Below the pieces are notes generated by a model, which saw only the letters and a program-made list of their open reading frames with translations, ran no database searches and was not told the DNA's origin. Positions 1-13,732 of a DNA stretch of 64,000 bases are shown here, in pieces. The DNA comes from Ascidiella aspersa (Eukaryota), in the NCBI GenBank assembly GCA_963924565.1, contig OZ004613.1, positions 20,274,001 to 20,338,000 of the forward strand. Reading direction: 5' to 3'. Both the position numbers and the translations under genes were made by a program. The number at the start of each line of letters is the position of its first letter. Position 1 is the first letter of the stretch.

Positions 1-256
1 ACCACAAAATCACACTGAAGTTTGAAAAACTAAATTCATTGAAAAATCTTTTTAAGTGCGTTGTGTGGCTTTAAGAACAAGCATTTCATTTTCGAATTGT
101 AAATTTTACCAAATTAAACGCACACAGGCACTTAATATTTACTACCCTACAGCAGGGTGAACAATTCTTAATAAATGACAATTGTATGCAACAGTTTGGG
201 AGCAATTGATTTGATGAGAAATAAAATAGAGTCTAAAATGTAGCAATAAAACTCAC

Positions 257-363
257 ACTTTGTGTGAGCATCTGCACAATGCATCATGTCAGCAGAATGT
301 ATAAACTCATATCCAGAACGTTGTCGTAATTGCTGCTCATTGTACCCAAGGACAATTTTTCCT
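257..363 (-). CDS. AHR: AHR exon, PAS-B (107 nt); gene continues beyond the window start
   Basis: GKIVLGYNEQQLRQRSGYEFIHSADMMHCADAHTK; flanked by gttttag and T|gtgagt. Confidence 0.95.
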
Positions 364-500
364 CTAAAACAAGAAACAAGTTTTAATACACTAAATATCT
401 TACATAATATTTATTAAATTTTGCCATATATTTTCCCAGGATGTTTAAGAATGGTTTAACAAGTTAGAAACACAAAATAATGAATAAAAATGTATATTAC

Positions 501-703
501 TTAGCATCTATTCCTAAAGGAGTATAATCCAGCTTGTGCTTGGTCCTAAAAATAAAGTTCTTGGTGCGAATTTCCAAGATGGATGGTGTATGAAGAGGCG
601 ATGCAAGAAGAAAAAGCCCTGTTTCTGGAGGAAGAAGAACATTTCCCTCCCCTCTCCTGTTTTGACCAGGTACAAGACGCAAATGTCCAGTGAAATGCAG
701 GGC
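501..703 (-). CDS. AHR: AHR exon, entry into PAS-B (203 nt)
   Basis: [17 protein letters not shown]...[29 protein letters not shown] contains the AHR motif [18 protein letters not shown]; donor AA|gtaat. Confidence 0.95.
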
Positions 704-895
704 CTTTTTTAATAAACAAGGACAGGGTATTAACTGCAAGTAGTTGTACTTGTTAATGACATGTAGAACCTTTTAAAAATGTTATTTAAAATCATATGTT
801 TACTGTGACTATAGCTTAAATCAGGCCAATTTTATATAACTGGTATGACACTGTTTAAATGATAAATTTAAGCAGCCTGTTGACCAAAATATTAC

Positions 896-975
896 CAAAA
901 ATCCAGATGAATTGTCTAGTAAACAACGAAGCCTGCAAATAAATGATCGATGAAGCATCCCTTTGTCAGATAATT
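896..975 (-). CDS. AHR: AHR exon (80 nt)
   Basis: ELSDKGMLHRSFICRLRCLLDNSSGFL contains the AHR motif CRLRCLLDNSSGFL; flanked by tctttcag and TTG|gtaata. Confidence 0.95.
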
Positions 976-1287
976 CTGAAAGAAACATTTTTTTCTTTAA
1001 TAAATATACATGAAAACTAATAAATATCCTAGTAAAAATACCTTTCTCAATAGAAAATTTCTTGTAATTTTTTTGTGCACAATTTTTAAAACATTTACGA
1101 TAACTCCAAATCCTTAATTAAACAAACTTCATTATTTTCGTTCAGCTTGTTTTACAATTTTTTGTGTTTTAAAATTCAATTTAATTTTTCATAAATGCAC
1201 TCCATACATGCAAGCAAAAATGCTCAAAAAAGTTTTACAGCTAGAATGTACATTATAAGAGATTTGATAGTTTTTGTATAATATCAC

Positions 1288-1462
1288 CTTTAAACATTTC
1301 TGGAGAAAATCCATACTTTGAATATTCAGGTACAGCTGGTGGATCCCCCTCTTGTACAGGCTCTGGGGCTGCTTGCTTTGGGTTTAATTGCATATGCCGC
1401 ATGAAAATATACCTGTCTTCAGCATGAATTAAATCCAGCATTGATTGGTTCATCACATCACA
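1288..1462 (-). CDS. AHR: AHR exon, PAS-A (175 nt)
   Basis: CDVMNQSMLDLIHAEDRYIFMRHMQLNPK...PEMFK; acceptor ttttcag; donor G|gtgata (phase 1) fits the next exon. Confidence 0.88.
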
Positions 1463-1612
1463 CTGAAAATAATGGTAATTATTTTTGGCAATTCTTGTAC
1501 ATAGGGTTACTAACATTTTATATTGTTGTTTCAATGTTTAATAATAGTTTTTTAGTGTTTTTTATGTGTAAGGTAGCATATTCAATAGGAATATGCAAAT
1601 GCCATTATATAC

Positions 1613-1702
1613 CTGAGGAAATCCTAGGTAATCTTGTACAGTATCTGTCACATGGAAAATATTATAGTCTTGAGTAACTATAATGATGAAACCATGTAGA
1701 GC
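1613..1702 (-). CDS. AHR: AHR exon, PAS-A start (90 nt)
   Basis: ALHGFIIIVTQDYNIFHVTDTVQDYLGFPQ resembles AHR ALNGF...QDYLGF; flanked by ttgttcag and CAG|gtat. Confidence 0.93.
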
Positions 1703-1987
1703 CTGAACAAAATTAATTGAATGGTTGTAAATAATATAGCATTTGGATTTTCACAATTAAAATTAATATTTTATTTTCTAAAAAAAATATCAAGAATATT
1801 CGAATCTGTCTTATATTTAATAAAGTGTATTTAATAAATAAAGCTATTTTAAATTATTACTATTAGTAAAATCATCATTTTAATTCTTGCATATATGTTA
1901 GGAACAACTGCATTCGCGTTGATTGTAAATCCACACATTACAATTTACATGCATCACCTGTTAAATTGCTTAGTTTAAAATACTTGC

Positions 1988-2088
1988 CATGAGTGAGAGC
2001 ATACTCTCAGTTTCAACTGGTAGGGGATCTTTAGGAACAAGTTGACCATGTCCAATACCAGGTTCAATCTGGTTGCCTTCTAATGAAC
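1988..2088 (-). CDS. AHR: AHR exon, bHLH-PAS linker (101 nt), GC donor
   Basis: Acceptor tgtttag; reads GSLEGNQIEPGIGHGQLVPKDPLPVETESMLSLM. Phase 1 in, phase 0 out only if the donor is ATG|gcaagt. Confidence 0.8.
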
Positions 2089-5000
2089 CTAAACATATTT
2101 GATAACATATTTGGCATTTGTTCTAAAGATTTGTGCAATTCAGAATATTGCAATTAAAAAGGTAGGGTTTCAAACAGTAAAACATTCAACCATAAAAGAA
2201 CGATTTTTAATGGTTGAACGTTGAAATTGCCAAAGTGGGTAAAAGAGTGAATGACAAACACTAAAATCCAACATAAGATATCCTTCTACACCTTGAAGTT
2301 GTGTGTTAATATATTGTTTGAATGACCTAGAAACAGGTTGTTGAAAATATCTCTCACTGACTTTCACAGAATTTAAAATGTTGTTAGTTTTAATAAACAT
2401 TTGTGCCAAAACCAGTTTGTATCAACTTAGATGTTTAAAGTATGTGTTTTCTAATTTGTTTAAACCCAAATTAAAACGAATGTGAATTAGCTTAATGTAC
2501 AGGGTATTAGGACAGAAACTCGTAAAGTTTGGGAAGCATTGTGTAAGTTGTACACTACCAGGGTAATTATTGAAGTGTTTTTGCATTTTACCAAGGGGGT
2601 AGAAAATGCTGGTTTTACTCCCATGATATTGAACCATAAGCACTTTCAAGTTATTGTGTTGCTTGAGCCGCGGGCGACGTGGTCACCAGTGCGAAACGCC
2701 GTTGCGTGCGAACCATTGGGCTCTCCTATCGCGCTGCGCCGAAGCAGTTCTCTTTCTTTTACGCTCAGTGCAGAAAAAGTTCTCTCTAGAGACTTCGCTT
2801 GATTGGGCAGAGACGAAAGAAGTGTAATTTGAAAAAGTAACCTGCAGTTGGCCCAGAAAGTGCGCTTTCCAGTTGCGTCCCAGGCACAGGGGTTTACCTA
2901 GTAGTAAGGCAAGTCGTCAAACAATTATTACAAGCAGGGACACTGAAATCATTCGCCCATTTCGAGATGAAATTACCCAACCAATGCCACCGTTGCGAAA
3001 ACTAAGCTATGGTGCAAAAACTAGCAGACTTCGTTCGCAGCCCGCCAACTTGTCGTGTTATTGTAAGCCTCCTTGATGATTTGGCGACAAAGGGAATGTC
3101 TCGCCTAGTTGGCAAGATGGATGTCATTGTTGCGCTTAAAATGTGTTTGTAAAAACTCTATTGCACTTGTTCTGGCCTGATATGACCTGGTTTGAGATCC
3201 AACCACACACATACTTTCGGTGTCTCTAATCACGTATAAGTGCACATGGCTTGCTGCTTGCAATTTATCGGTGTTTCGAAGCATGAGTTTGCTTGTATTA
3301 TGTTGCTGCTCGAACTTTTTGTTTTCTTTTGACCTAGTTGGAAGAAGCAGACAAAAGGCAAGATGGTGGATTATCGCTTGTAAATCATCAAATGACCTTT
3401 TTTAAGGTTCCACACAAGACGATGCAGAATGTATTAAGAGGTTTTATCGCTTTCGTTGATTAAAGGAATCGTTGCCATACAAATATGTGGCCGACTTGTA
3501 CGGTAGCCTACCCTCCGGCAGTAGTTTTGTATGGCAAGTCTGTCATTAGGTTGCTATCACTTAAGGATGTGACGTTCATTACAATCTTCGCCTCGGAATC
3601 GAACTAAAATTAATTTTACAATAAATGTTATAGGTGTAGGATTTGTTAGTGACCTGGAAGGTCATTTACAAGATAGTGTGAAAACCCCACACCAATACTT
3701 TGGCCACTTATCAAAGTTTAATATATTTCAACAGGCTGGTTTAATGTAATACGTTTAAACCTATTTCTGTAGTTTAATAAATGCAGTGAAAATTGATACT
3801 GCATACAAAAATCAACTTTTTACATGGAAACTGTTTAAACCACTAAATTATGCTGATTTATCATCGACCATTTTTTATTGGAATAATTCTCATTAGGATT
3901 TTTTATGGTACTGAAGTTAAATTATGTGGTTAAATATATAAATATACGTGTAAACGTCCATTAGACTTTTTCGGCTCTAGCTATATATCATATATAAATT
4001 CACGTTTCGTCAACTTTAAAACAGAAGTTTCGTTTTTATTTCAAGAAACCAAACTGACCACAATGGCCTTGAAACGATATACCTAACTCTGTCATAAGGT
4101 GATGTTAAGAAAAAGCTTAGCTTTAACTTCATTATACTGTACTTGTAATTCTTGTATGCTCATTTTACCATGAAGAGTTTTTTTGGCGCCCAGAAGATTC
4201 TGGATTTTAGTTGACTTACTTCGCCTCTTTAAACAGTGAAGCTGGTAATATCATTCCATTCGACTTTTTTTTTTTACAAAATAAAGATGGTAAACTGTTT
4301 TTCACCCGATTGCTAAGACATGATAATGGTTTATCTCCACTTTAAGGTCCTGACGTTCTTTGTTTAGTAGCCTACTTTTCTGAATGACAGATTCGTAGCA
4401 CAAGATTTTACGATGGCGGCAGCTACTTTGGCGGGCGATTTTAGTCTGGTCTGCACGCCACAATGTAAACAAATTTGTCCACGGTTACTTCCATTTCAGT
4501 TTACAGACGAGCCATTTGAAAATGACTGGGGAAACCGTTTCCTGTCTCTTTCTTGTACCTTTTGTTCCATGCATAAACTGGAACAACTATTACTTGGTGC
4601 ATAAGATATATCGGAGTGACTTAGGTTTTACAAACTGTATATTATGTTAGCAACAAATATGATTCATGAAATTTGTTTTTTTGCCTTGTTTGCCAATATA
4701 AACACCGCATTACGGTACAAGTACCTATTGCTCTTCAAACCAAATGCATTGCCAAACCAAAGAAAATCAAACCATGGTTGATCAGACCTTATCCCAAACC
4801 AAAGTAATTGGGTATACGATCATTGCAATATGGACGTGTTTGATGTATTGCCGAGCCGTTGAACGTAGATGTAGGCAATAATGAGTCACCGCGTTTAACT
4901 TGATGCTCTTTGATTTAAATTGATTTGTCAGCGCCTTTTGATTGTAAAGGAAATCGTTGTACAGACAACTTGCAATATGGCATTGGCAACTGCTTTCCGC

Positions 5001-5335
5001 TTGAACTCCCGGAGTAAAACTAATCGAGACGAATACACGGACAAGTCAAATTGCTTAAACAAATCCAGACTGTATATATAAACTAATATATATATATTTA
5101 TATATATTATATATATATTAAAACGATTTTCCTAGGTTCATGGTTTATTTAACACATATTTTAAAGTAGAAAATTCACACACGATTATTTAGCATAGTTA
5201 ACCTAATAATTTTATTATTCTTTGCTGCTACAAAAAAAAGTGTTTGAAATAACGCTTCACATGTTTGCTAAACTGGTTTGACACGATGGCGCAGTCTGTC
5301 AGTTTCGGGCTGGCTGCAACATTTTGAAGCAATAC

Positions 5336-5520
5336 CTGCGTGGTAGTTCTTGTTGCGAAAGTAGGACACCGCGAGCCTGAGAATGGAAAGCTTGTCAAGT
5401 TTGTTAAGCACTTCTTCGGGAAACGGAATAAGCTTTGCAAGGTGATCGAGTTCATGGTTGAGCCTATCTCTATGCCTCTTGCTCGGGTTGGTTTTGCCCT
5501 CTTGCTGCGCGTCCTTTTCC
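5336..5520 (-). CDS. AHR: Aryl hydrocarbon receptor, bHLH exon (185 nt)
   Basis: Encodes [61 protein letters not shown], with the AHR signature [11 protein letters not shown]...[10 protein letters not shown]. Acceptor ttttgcacag, donor G|gtatt; phase 2 in, phase 1 out. Confidence 0.95.
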
Positions 5521-5698
5521 CTGTGCAAAACCGACATAAACTTATTAATAATGCATTGGCTTCCGGCTTCTGTCGCGGGAAATGAAGGCGAGCGACGCAC
5601 TGGACTCGACCACACATCATCAATCGACTTGAATGGTTTTAAGGCGACTTGTGTAATGTTTTGTCAGCTTACGTAATTCTATAGGATACGCCACTTAC

Positions 5699-5759
5699 CT
5701 GTTTAGGGTGGTTTTAAAGTGTTCTCCAAGAAAGTCAATTTTAGGGTCGGAAGAGTTGG
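5699..5759 (-). CDS. Candidate upstream AHR exon (61 nt, no ATG)
   Basis: Consensus donor CAG|gtaagt and possible acceptor tataacag. Open in the frame that joins the bHLH exon (NSSDPKIDFLGEHFKTTLNR). No homology recognised. Confidence 0.35.
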
Positions 5760-6279
5760 CTGTTATACAAATACGCGATTTTCTATTATAAGTTTAAACA
5801 AGTGGTCGTATCTATCCGCTTGTGAACTTCTAGATAAGGTAACTGTTTATTTGTCGCTACAAATGCGAACACAGTAGCAAAGGATCAATGTAGAGCCATA
5901 AAATGCTTTACAGTTGACCCTACAGGTTTGAGAAATTCAGGTTACAACAATAAAAAACAAAACTATTAAGGACGAAATATAGATGTTTGAAAACAAACGA
6001 TAGCCTACAGACAGGATATCAGCAGAAAAAAATCTTTAACGGCGAACGGTTATGAGAACTTAGAGCACAAATGAGGAAAGAAATAGTCACACGCCAGAAA
6101 ATCTACCCAACGATATTTCGCCTGCTGTCAGTACTAATCCACTACTGTTAAACCACATTTCACGAAAAACATTCGAAGCTGAATTTTAATGAATATTTAC
6201 TCATGCAGGCAAATCATATCAATAAGTAAGCAACGCCGTGATATAATTGAGAAAAACAACGCCGTGATATAATAAGAGA

Positions 6280-6382
6280 AATTTTGACCTAAAAATTTTA
6301 AATTCTGACATATTTTGACCTACAAATATGTTTTTTGACAAAATTTTGACCTACAAATATTTTTTTTAAAAATTTTGACCTA
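6280..6382. repeat. Short tandem repeat, about 4 copies of an aaattttgacctacaaat-like unit
   Basis: ttttgaccta recurs at ~30-nt spacing; caacgccgtgatataat is duplicated just upstream. Confidence 0.7.
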
Positions 6383-8507
6383 GCAGGAATACATTGATTT
6401 AAACAATGCCTTTTCGTATAAAGTACTACATTAGTGTTTTGGCGTCGTTAGTCACTCGTTATTGGTGTTTTACTGACGGTCGGTTGAACGCAAATCAGTC
6501 ATTTTTCGGGTTTGAAATGTAAATCTCTTAAAAGTGCATATCGTTGATATTTTTGGCATATCAAAAAAAACTATAAAAATACAAAATAAAAACAATGAAA
6601 ATTGTTAAATAATCAGTTCAGCCAAAATACTAGGTAAAAATAATTTTCAAAAATTAATAAAGCACGATGGTAGATTATCGAAATAGTAAATTGGTTAATT
6701 GCAAATCACCACCGAGAGAACACACAGCAAATACTGCACAAAACAGTTGTCCAAATCTGAGATACAAAACTATCTAAAGCAAAATAGAAGTTTGATGATC
6801 CTAACGCGTTTATATATCGTATATTGCTCTAATGCAAATATAACACAGTTTAATTTTTTTTGGATCAGATGTAAATCTAAATTTTGATAAAATTTTAACT
6901 AAACGACAATTTCAAGCAGCGTATCGCATATTTGTTAATACTTTGTGTGGATTTTTAGGCAGTTTGTAAACGATTTTTGAATTTTAACAAATTTTGACCA
7001 AACGTGTAAATTTTGACAAAATTTTGACTTTTTTTGACAAGTCAAAAAATAATCGCCCACTGATGCATTGCAGTAAAAACACCCTTTGTTTAACCAAAAG
7101 CCACGAAGTATATTAACACGGCGCGACAATAGGTGAATACCATAATATTATCAGTCAAATCTCACATGCTTGTTTGCTGTGTGTAAATATAAATATTTTT
7201 CGGCAAATGGGCAATTTTTTTATGGCACACAGGAGTCTACCAAACACACAATTTGAGTATTAGTGGTCCAGACTTTTAGTTGAGGTTTTAAGTATTAATG
7301 TATTGTAGTGTTTCGTAACATATTTATGTTAGGGCGCACTTTGTGTAGACCTCTGAAAATGTGGTGGTGCACGTGCACCTGAAGGAAGCCCATCTAGAAG
7401 CTGAGTTTATCCGTATTTTTGTTGAATTACCTGCAGGTTTTTATTACATAGGCTATGTAATGTCTATGCTCAATGAAATAAGCGGAAGAATAAAATAACA
7501 CAAATTAAGTATTTCTACTTTTGCTTGGGCCCACCCCACAACCATTCAAGGCTTTTTATCATTCTATAGACATATCCATGTACAACACGTTGTACAACAA
7601 CGACCTTACAATGCAACCGTGTTGAAAACGAACACAATTGCTCGCATCTCTGCGCAGCAAAGCTTTACCGAACGTGACCCCAACAAGCGTGTCAAAATTC
7701 ACCCTGATGACGTACTTTTTGCAGATTAAAGATGCTAACAGTCATTTCAGTTTAGTAGCTGTTTTCCGATTTCAAGTAATATTAAAAGTTTAGGCAACTT
7801 GACAAAGCAACACTGTAGCCAACAAAACGATGAACGGCAGTTTTGAAGCCGTGTGAAATATAAGAATTTTGAGTACACGTTTTGCTTGGTCTGTTCCATT
7901 ATAAAATACTAATCCTAAACGAAATAGTTTATTTTTGTTATCATAAGCCCTATTTATTAGTCTTTATTCTGATGGAAATTGTTGCTGTAATATTTGGTAA
8001 TTGTAAGACTATTTCATAAATAAAAGACATTTCAATCAACGTTATTGAATAAATGTGTTTCCGACTTTGTTCTATTTATCAGGTAGTAAGTTTGACTCGT
8101 TAGCAAACTTCAGCTGCTAAATCGTACTTAAAAATATAGAAAGAAGTGGCTTAAAAAAATTGTAACGGTGAACGAACCTTAAGTAGCGATAAACGAAAAA
8201 TAAGTCCACATTTTCACGATACGCTACGACGGACAACACAAGCCATTTTAACCAGTTACAGTTTCTCATGAAAAAGTCATATCTTCAATCTTCATGCTTC
8301 AGTGACCTATCACGACACAAATGACTCAGCAACTGCCAGATAAGCGACCTTCGTGTAAACTTTTTAACATACTTTTAGCACTAACAGTTAAATGATGCTC
8401 AACACATTCAATTTCGTGATAATTGAGCGTTACCGTCAAATGTCAATCGTTGTATATTTCTTGACCAAGAATATTTGGACAATTAGGCGTTATTTGTTTG
8501 CTACGAC

Positions 8508-8893
8508 GAGGCGCGGATCTAGGAATTTTGTTTGAGACGGAGGGGCACTACCATTTTTTCAGAAATGACGTCATAATCGTTTAAGTTGTCTTAACTTTTA
8601 TTTTCTTCGATAGGACGTACGACGTCTTTGGGCTAAAACAAATTTATCAAAATAGGCTAAGATTTGCTAGCAACATAATTGCGGAGTGCTAAAAACAATT
8701 TGAATTTACTTAGTTGAAACAGACCAAAATATACTTTTTGAGGGGGCATGGTCGCGTGACTAAGACATTCTAGAAACATAATTAGATTCGAGCAAAGCGC
8801 GAGAAACTTTTTGAATTTACTTAGTTAAAATCGGCCAAAATATATTTTTTTGTGGGGGCGTGGCCAGTTGGTCCTACTTTTGATCCGTCACTG
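8508..8893. mobile_element. hAT-type MITE
   Basis: Imperfect TIRs gaggcgcggatc / gatccgtcactg, flanked by a near-perfect 8-bp TSD gctacgac / gctacgat; internal ~110-bp duplication. Confidence 0.65.
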
Positions 8894-11800
8894 GCTACGA
8901 TCACGTCTCACCGCAGCAAAAGTTTTTAAATAAAAGGAGATATTCACATTTCGTTTGAACATGTTTTTTGTAAGATGCCCAGTGCACCGAAACATAACAA
9001 AACAGGCATAGTATGTGCAACCGGTTCTTCAATTAGCAAAACGAATTCATACGGAGCAGGCCAGTTAAATCAGTTTGCAACAAACAAACAATTTACCGTT
9101 CGCGGGATGTTCAATAATGGCGCAATTAGTTTTTCCATGGTCGTTACAAAGCATATTATTTCTAAATTTAAGTATTATTATTGATAAATAGTTGTTTTGT
9201 TGTGAAGGGATCATTTGAATGAATTGTTAAAAGTAAGATATCAAAACAGGTAAAAGTGAGCTAAATAATCTTTATGCGCACAAAAACATATAAGGTTTTC
9301 GGTGGTTTCTATTGTGGCTGAACGGTTCGCTTTCTTCGAGCGGCGTGAAACGTGCGAGCAACTATATCGATATTACAGTTGCAGAAGGCAAAAATGAGAA
9401 AGAGAAACAAAGAAAAAAAAGAGGCAAGGGGAGAGATTGGGAAAAAATACGTGTGTTATAAAAATGTTTTGCCGCCCTTGTTTACCACCGAAAGTCGATT
9501 TCATTTGTATGGCCGGGGTTGTTCAACAAAGTTGCAGTGCTAGTTTTCTTTGTAGGCCAACTAACTTGGTTTAATAACAAGCTTGCGGTGACACAGTTGA
9601 GTTTGTGTAAAGCTTGTATTTTGACCAGAGGCATTTCATAAGCCGATCTGTATTGACAATTTGTGTAAATAATACGCTAAAGGCAAATCGGAATTGAAAA
9701 CGAAAGCGCAAAAAAAACCTTAATTTAAATAAACCTTACTTGTTATATCATTCCTGTATATTTGAGCATCTAAATTCAAAATTTTATACCACGCAAAACC
9801 TATACAAATAAGAACATTGTTTTTATTGGTCGACATAAAAACATTGATTATTTGTTTGCACACCACGGTCGTCTGTAAGTCAATAGGGCAAAAAGTAACA
9901 ACGTCATTGGGCATGCTTTAAAAAGATTTCAGTTATCGGGACTGTATCGTTGGAGCTTAACAATTGACAGGTGATCGAGGGACGCTACATAACACTAAAA
10001 ACAATTGAAATGCCCTGTCGCCCACGTCACTTTTCGTGACGTCAATGAGGTTTAAAGTGTAGCACAGGGGCCGCTTCCGTCGATATCAAAAGCCAAAAAT
10101 AACAAGGTGCGTACACAACATGCTAGCGGAAACCGACAGCAAGTTTGCCATTAGGCATTTTTTTTTCACGTGATGTTTGCTGTCTTTTGAAAACAATTTT
10201 AGTTCTTTCACACAAGATTTTCTTCGCATCGCTTTTGTTGTGTGTAATATTAGTTAAAGAAAATTGGGTCACGCAGAATTTAAAATACGGTCAAACCACA
10301 CGTAAAAAGCAGTGCCATAAGTTTTTAAGTGACTGAGTTACGCACATAATCTAGTGTCGGCCACAGTGACTGCAAATACAACAACCCTCGGGATTGATAG
10401 ACATGGTCGATGGGTGCACAGTGCACACATTCCGAAAAACAACTTCCCTACGCTAGAACTGTTTACTTTACTACATCGCTTCAACGTCCAACAAAGGTGA
10501 ATAAACATTGGGACGGTTTGGCATAAAAAAGTAAAACTCTCGACTCATATATAGCACGTAAGTTTGTCAAAACGTTGTGGACCATGTTTCATGAAATGGT
10601 AATGGTACATATATCTTTGTTCCACATGAAAACGCCTTTTTTCGAGTCTAATAGTGTAATGTAGTGATTTCACAAAATGTAAAATTAAGCAACGTTTTAA
10701 ATTTGATAACATTAAAAAAGGTAAAACAGAAGCGTTTGAACAACGTTTAAAGTTTCGATCCAAATGGCTTTGTAATCTGTGTAGTCGATTGAGGTATTGC
10801 GTTTACTAATGGCAAAGTATAACTAAAAACATGCGTGATACTCCTCCAGCAGGCCTGTAGCCTACCGGTCAAAATGGTACAAGGGACGCATCAATAAAAA
10901 CTTATAACTTTTTTTTTAACTTTAAAGTTTACCTTCGAAACGTACTATTAACATTTGGTTGTTGATATAATGCAGTACATAAACATGTCGGCACTTATTT
11001 GAAATTGAATTAAAAAACGGAAAATATATCACGTCCCGCGGTCCGCATGTTGTGCAGGCCGTTTTTAAGGTCTACTACACCACGTATTATGGAATTTTAT
11101 CAGTCTTACGAATATTTGAGGTTTTGGTAAGTAAGCCTACTTGACTTGTCGTTTAATTAAATTGCAATGTTTCACTTCGCTTTTTTAGGCCAATAAAGGT
11201 CAAAATCAGATCACAGCACGAAGCAGACAAATTTGAACAAACGCCTAGCTTAGTTTCGCCACTTCCTTCCTATCATAATTACCTCATCTCAAAACTAACA
11301 GCCTCTTGGTATACGACACTTTATCAAAAGTTTGCTTTGGTTGGTAGCGAAGCATTTATATCGTTAATTAAAAATTCGTTCGTATTGGAGTGCTATGATA
11401 AGTTAGAAATGGCTTAACAAGAGATTTACAATATTTCGTTGACATTGTAAAGACAAAAGAGCAAGATCCGTATGAATAAGCGCCGAACGTGGGTGACTGG
11501 GTGTGCAGACCGTTTTTTGACGCCCTGGATTTTTGGCAGGGTGTGTTAAAACGCCATTGCACTTCATTAATTTTGCAAATTCCACTTGTGACAAAATATA
11601 ATAAAGATACTCCACGAGCTGCACAGTTTAGATTCACAAAAAATAATTTGCGAAACTTACAGCGTGGGGAAGCATCCGTTGGCAGATATATAAACCGAAG
11701 TGCTCGCAAAATATTGCCCGCCATTGTAAATTATTCGGCCTGCAACCTTTTCACAAACTGGGCAAGAGACGGTTCAGCCGTGCCCCATAATTATTTTATG

Positions 11801-12994
11801 TATTTTAACAACGTGAATGCATTTTTTTGCGCTTTACGTGTCATTTATAAGGACGTTCTCACTCTAAATGCGTCATCAATACCCTGAAACTTTAACCTTC
11901 CAAGTTTCGTCAACTTCGTACATCTTAATGAATTTTACCGCCTTCTTCCTAATTTAAAAAAGACCAATTTTTAATTGTAAACAAACAATATTACCAACTT
12001 AAATTTATTACGGGCCCTCTGATACATTTTACACCCTAAAGTATGTCAAGCTCATAGACTGATTTCTGTTGGGGTGAAACCTCCACTAATAAAATCTGCA
12101 TCAACTCATTAACTAAGCCTGAAATAGACAGAACTGTCAACCTGTTTTTACGTTAAATACGCCGCATAACACTGCCTCGTGTGACGTAACAAATCATAAA
12201 TTTTAAACACTCTGTGACGTTTAGTTTTCCACGATAAGAAAACGTCAATTCAAAGCAAAAGCTTTCAATTGCAACCAACATGAAACAAATTTGTCGTTCA
12301 TTACTTTAACGATACCGCAACGATGAGGCCTATGTAAAAAACACTAGCAAGAAAATAAAAAATAATACTGGTATGCCACAAAAATTTGATACCACCCTAG
12401 TTTCGGACGAGTATCGATACCAATACCATTACTTCATATCGGGTATAAGCCCCGATTCGATTTTATCGGAATCCCTACTTGTATCAGACTATTATGAATC
12501 GGCCATCGCTCTAATTCACACTTCGTGAGTTCTACGAGAGTGTAAAAGAAACATTCTACATAAAAATTTGTAAAGGCATTTTTATGTACACACTGCAAAA
12601 AAACAGTGCATTCTCGTTTAGAGCTGACTATAGTTTATGTTTTTAAGATAGCATTAAGTCCATCGGCTATCGACAGAGTCGTAAACAAGTTATTTTGAAA
12701 TGACTTAAGTACAAGTCAATGCAAGTCAAGTATTTTAAATAAATAACAAGCCATGTTCCAGTCTAAGTCATCGGCTGGCCAAGGCAAGTCATAAATAGAG
12801 TCAAGTTCTTGTTGCAAAAAAAGTTTAAACTATTAAAACAGGTACCCTCGTCCAATTATGAGCAACAACTCAAGCAAAAAATAACATAAACGTAACATAT
12901 AGCAAGAAAATTGTTTAATGTGCAAAAATTAGGATAAATAACCCAATTTTATAAATAATTGCCCAATAAAAACGCTAAATTTTAACCCAAGTCG

Positions 12995-13732
12995 TTTGCC
13001 CTGGCGCAACTGCTGAGTGTTGTGCATCTGCCAGGTCTCGCAGTGCTCATACTAGCCGCATCGACACAACGCTTAACGAAGCCTTGCGTATTGTCACAGT
13101 GTGTCTGCTGAGGCCAACATCAACTGCCTGTCTACCGATCCTTGCAGGTATTCCACCGGCTGATCTTCGCCGCAAAGGAGCAACTTTATATCTGGCCCGT
13201 CGAGAACTTGATTCAAACCATTTGCTTCACTCCGTGTTGGCCTCCCCGCCAAAGGGAGCACCCCGTCTCAAGCATCGACGCCCATTCGTGCAAGCCGCCT
13301 TGAGCTAACGAAAATCCTTAACGATCTTGGTACCAACGTGGCCTACTGGACGAACCACAATTGGAATATGGAGTAACATTCGGTCGACAACACAGACTTC
13401 GCAACTTCATCCCTGCTGCTGGATCCTACCCATGGGAAATGTCTCTACCTAGAGCTTTATGGGTTAGGCCCAACCGGTTAAAAACGGGTGTTGGGCGTTT
13501 CAGCTCATTAGTGTACAAATCGGGTCTGAACCCGTTGGGAGACTGTGAGTGCGGTGCCATAAGAACAAACCTTAGTTCACGTCATTGGAGATTGCTCAAT
13601 ACTAAGAGCACCGCATGGGGTGCATGGTCTGAAGACTTTGAACGACCCAGCGATAAACTGGCTGGCCAAGAAGCGCCCCGAAATATAGCCCGGAATATCG
13701 GAAAATCTTGGCGCACACGAAACAACAACAAC
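12995..13732 (+). mobile_element. 5'-truncated, degenerate non-LTR retrotransposon (Ingi/Vingi-like 3' end)
   Basis: Frameshifted translation TAECCASA..RSAHT..ID..LNEALRIVT.CL.RPT...LPILAGIPPADLRRKGATL, then LWVRPNRLKTGVGRF and a CECG motif; ends in an (aac)n tail. Confidence 0.85.

Noticed and set aside
5521-5615. N-terminal extension MWSSPVRR... of the AHR bHLH ORF
   Set aside because: A good acceptor (ttttgcacag) lies at 5521, where AHR genes have an intron, so the extension is probably intronic. The in-frame Met of FMSVLH cannot be excluded as an alternative start.
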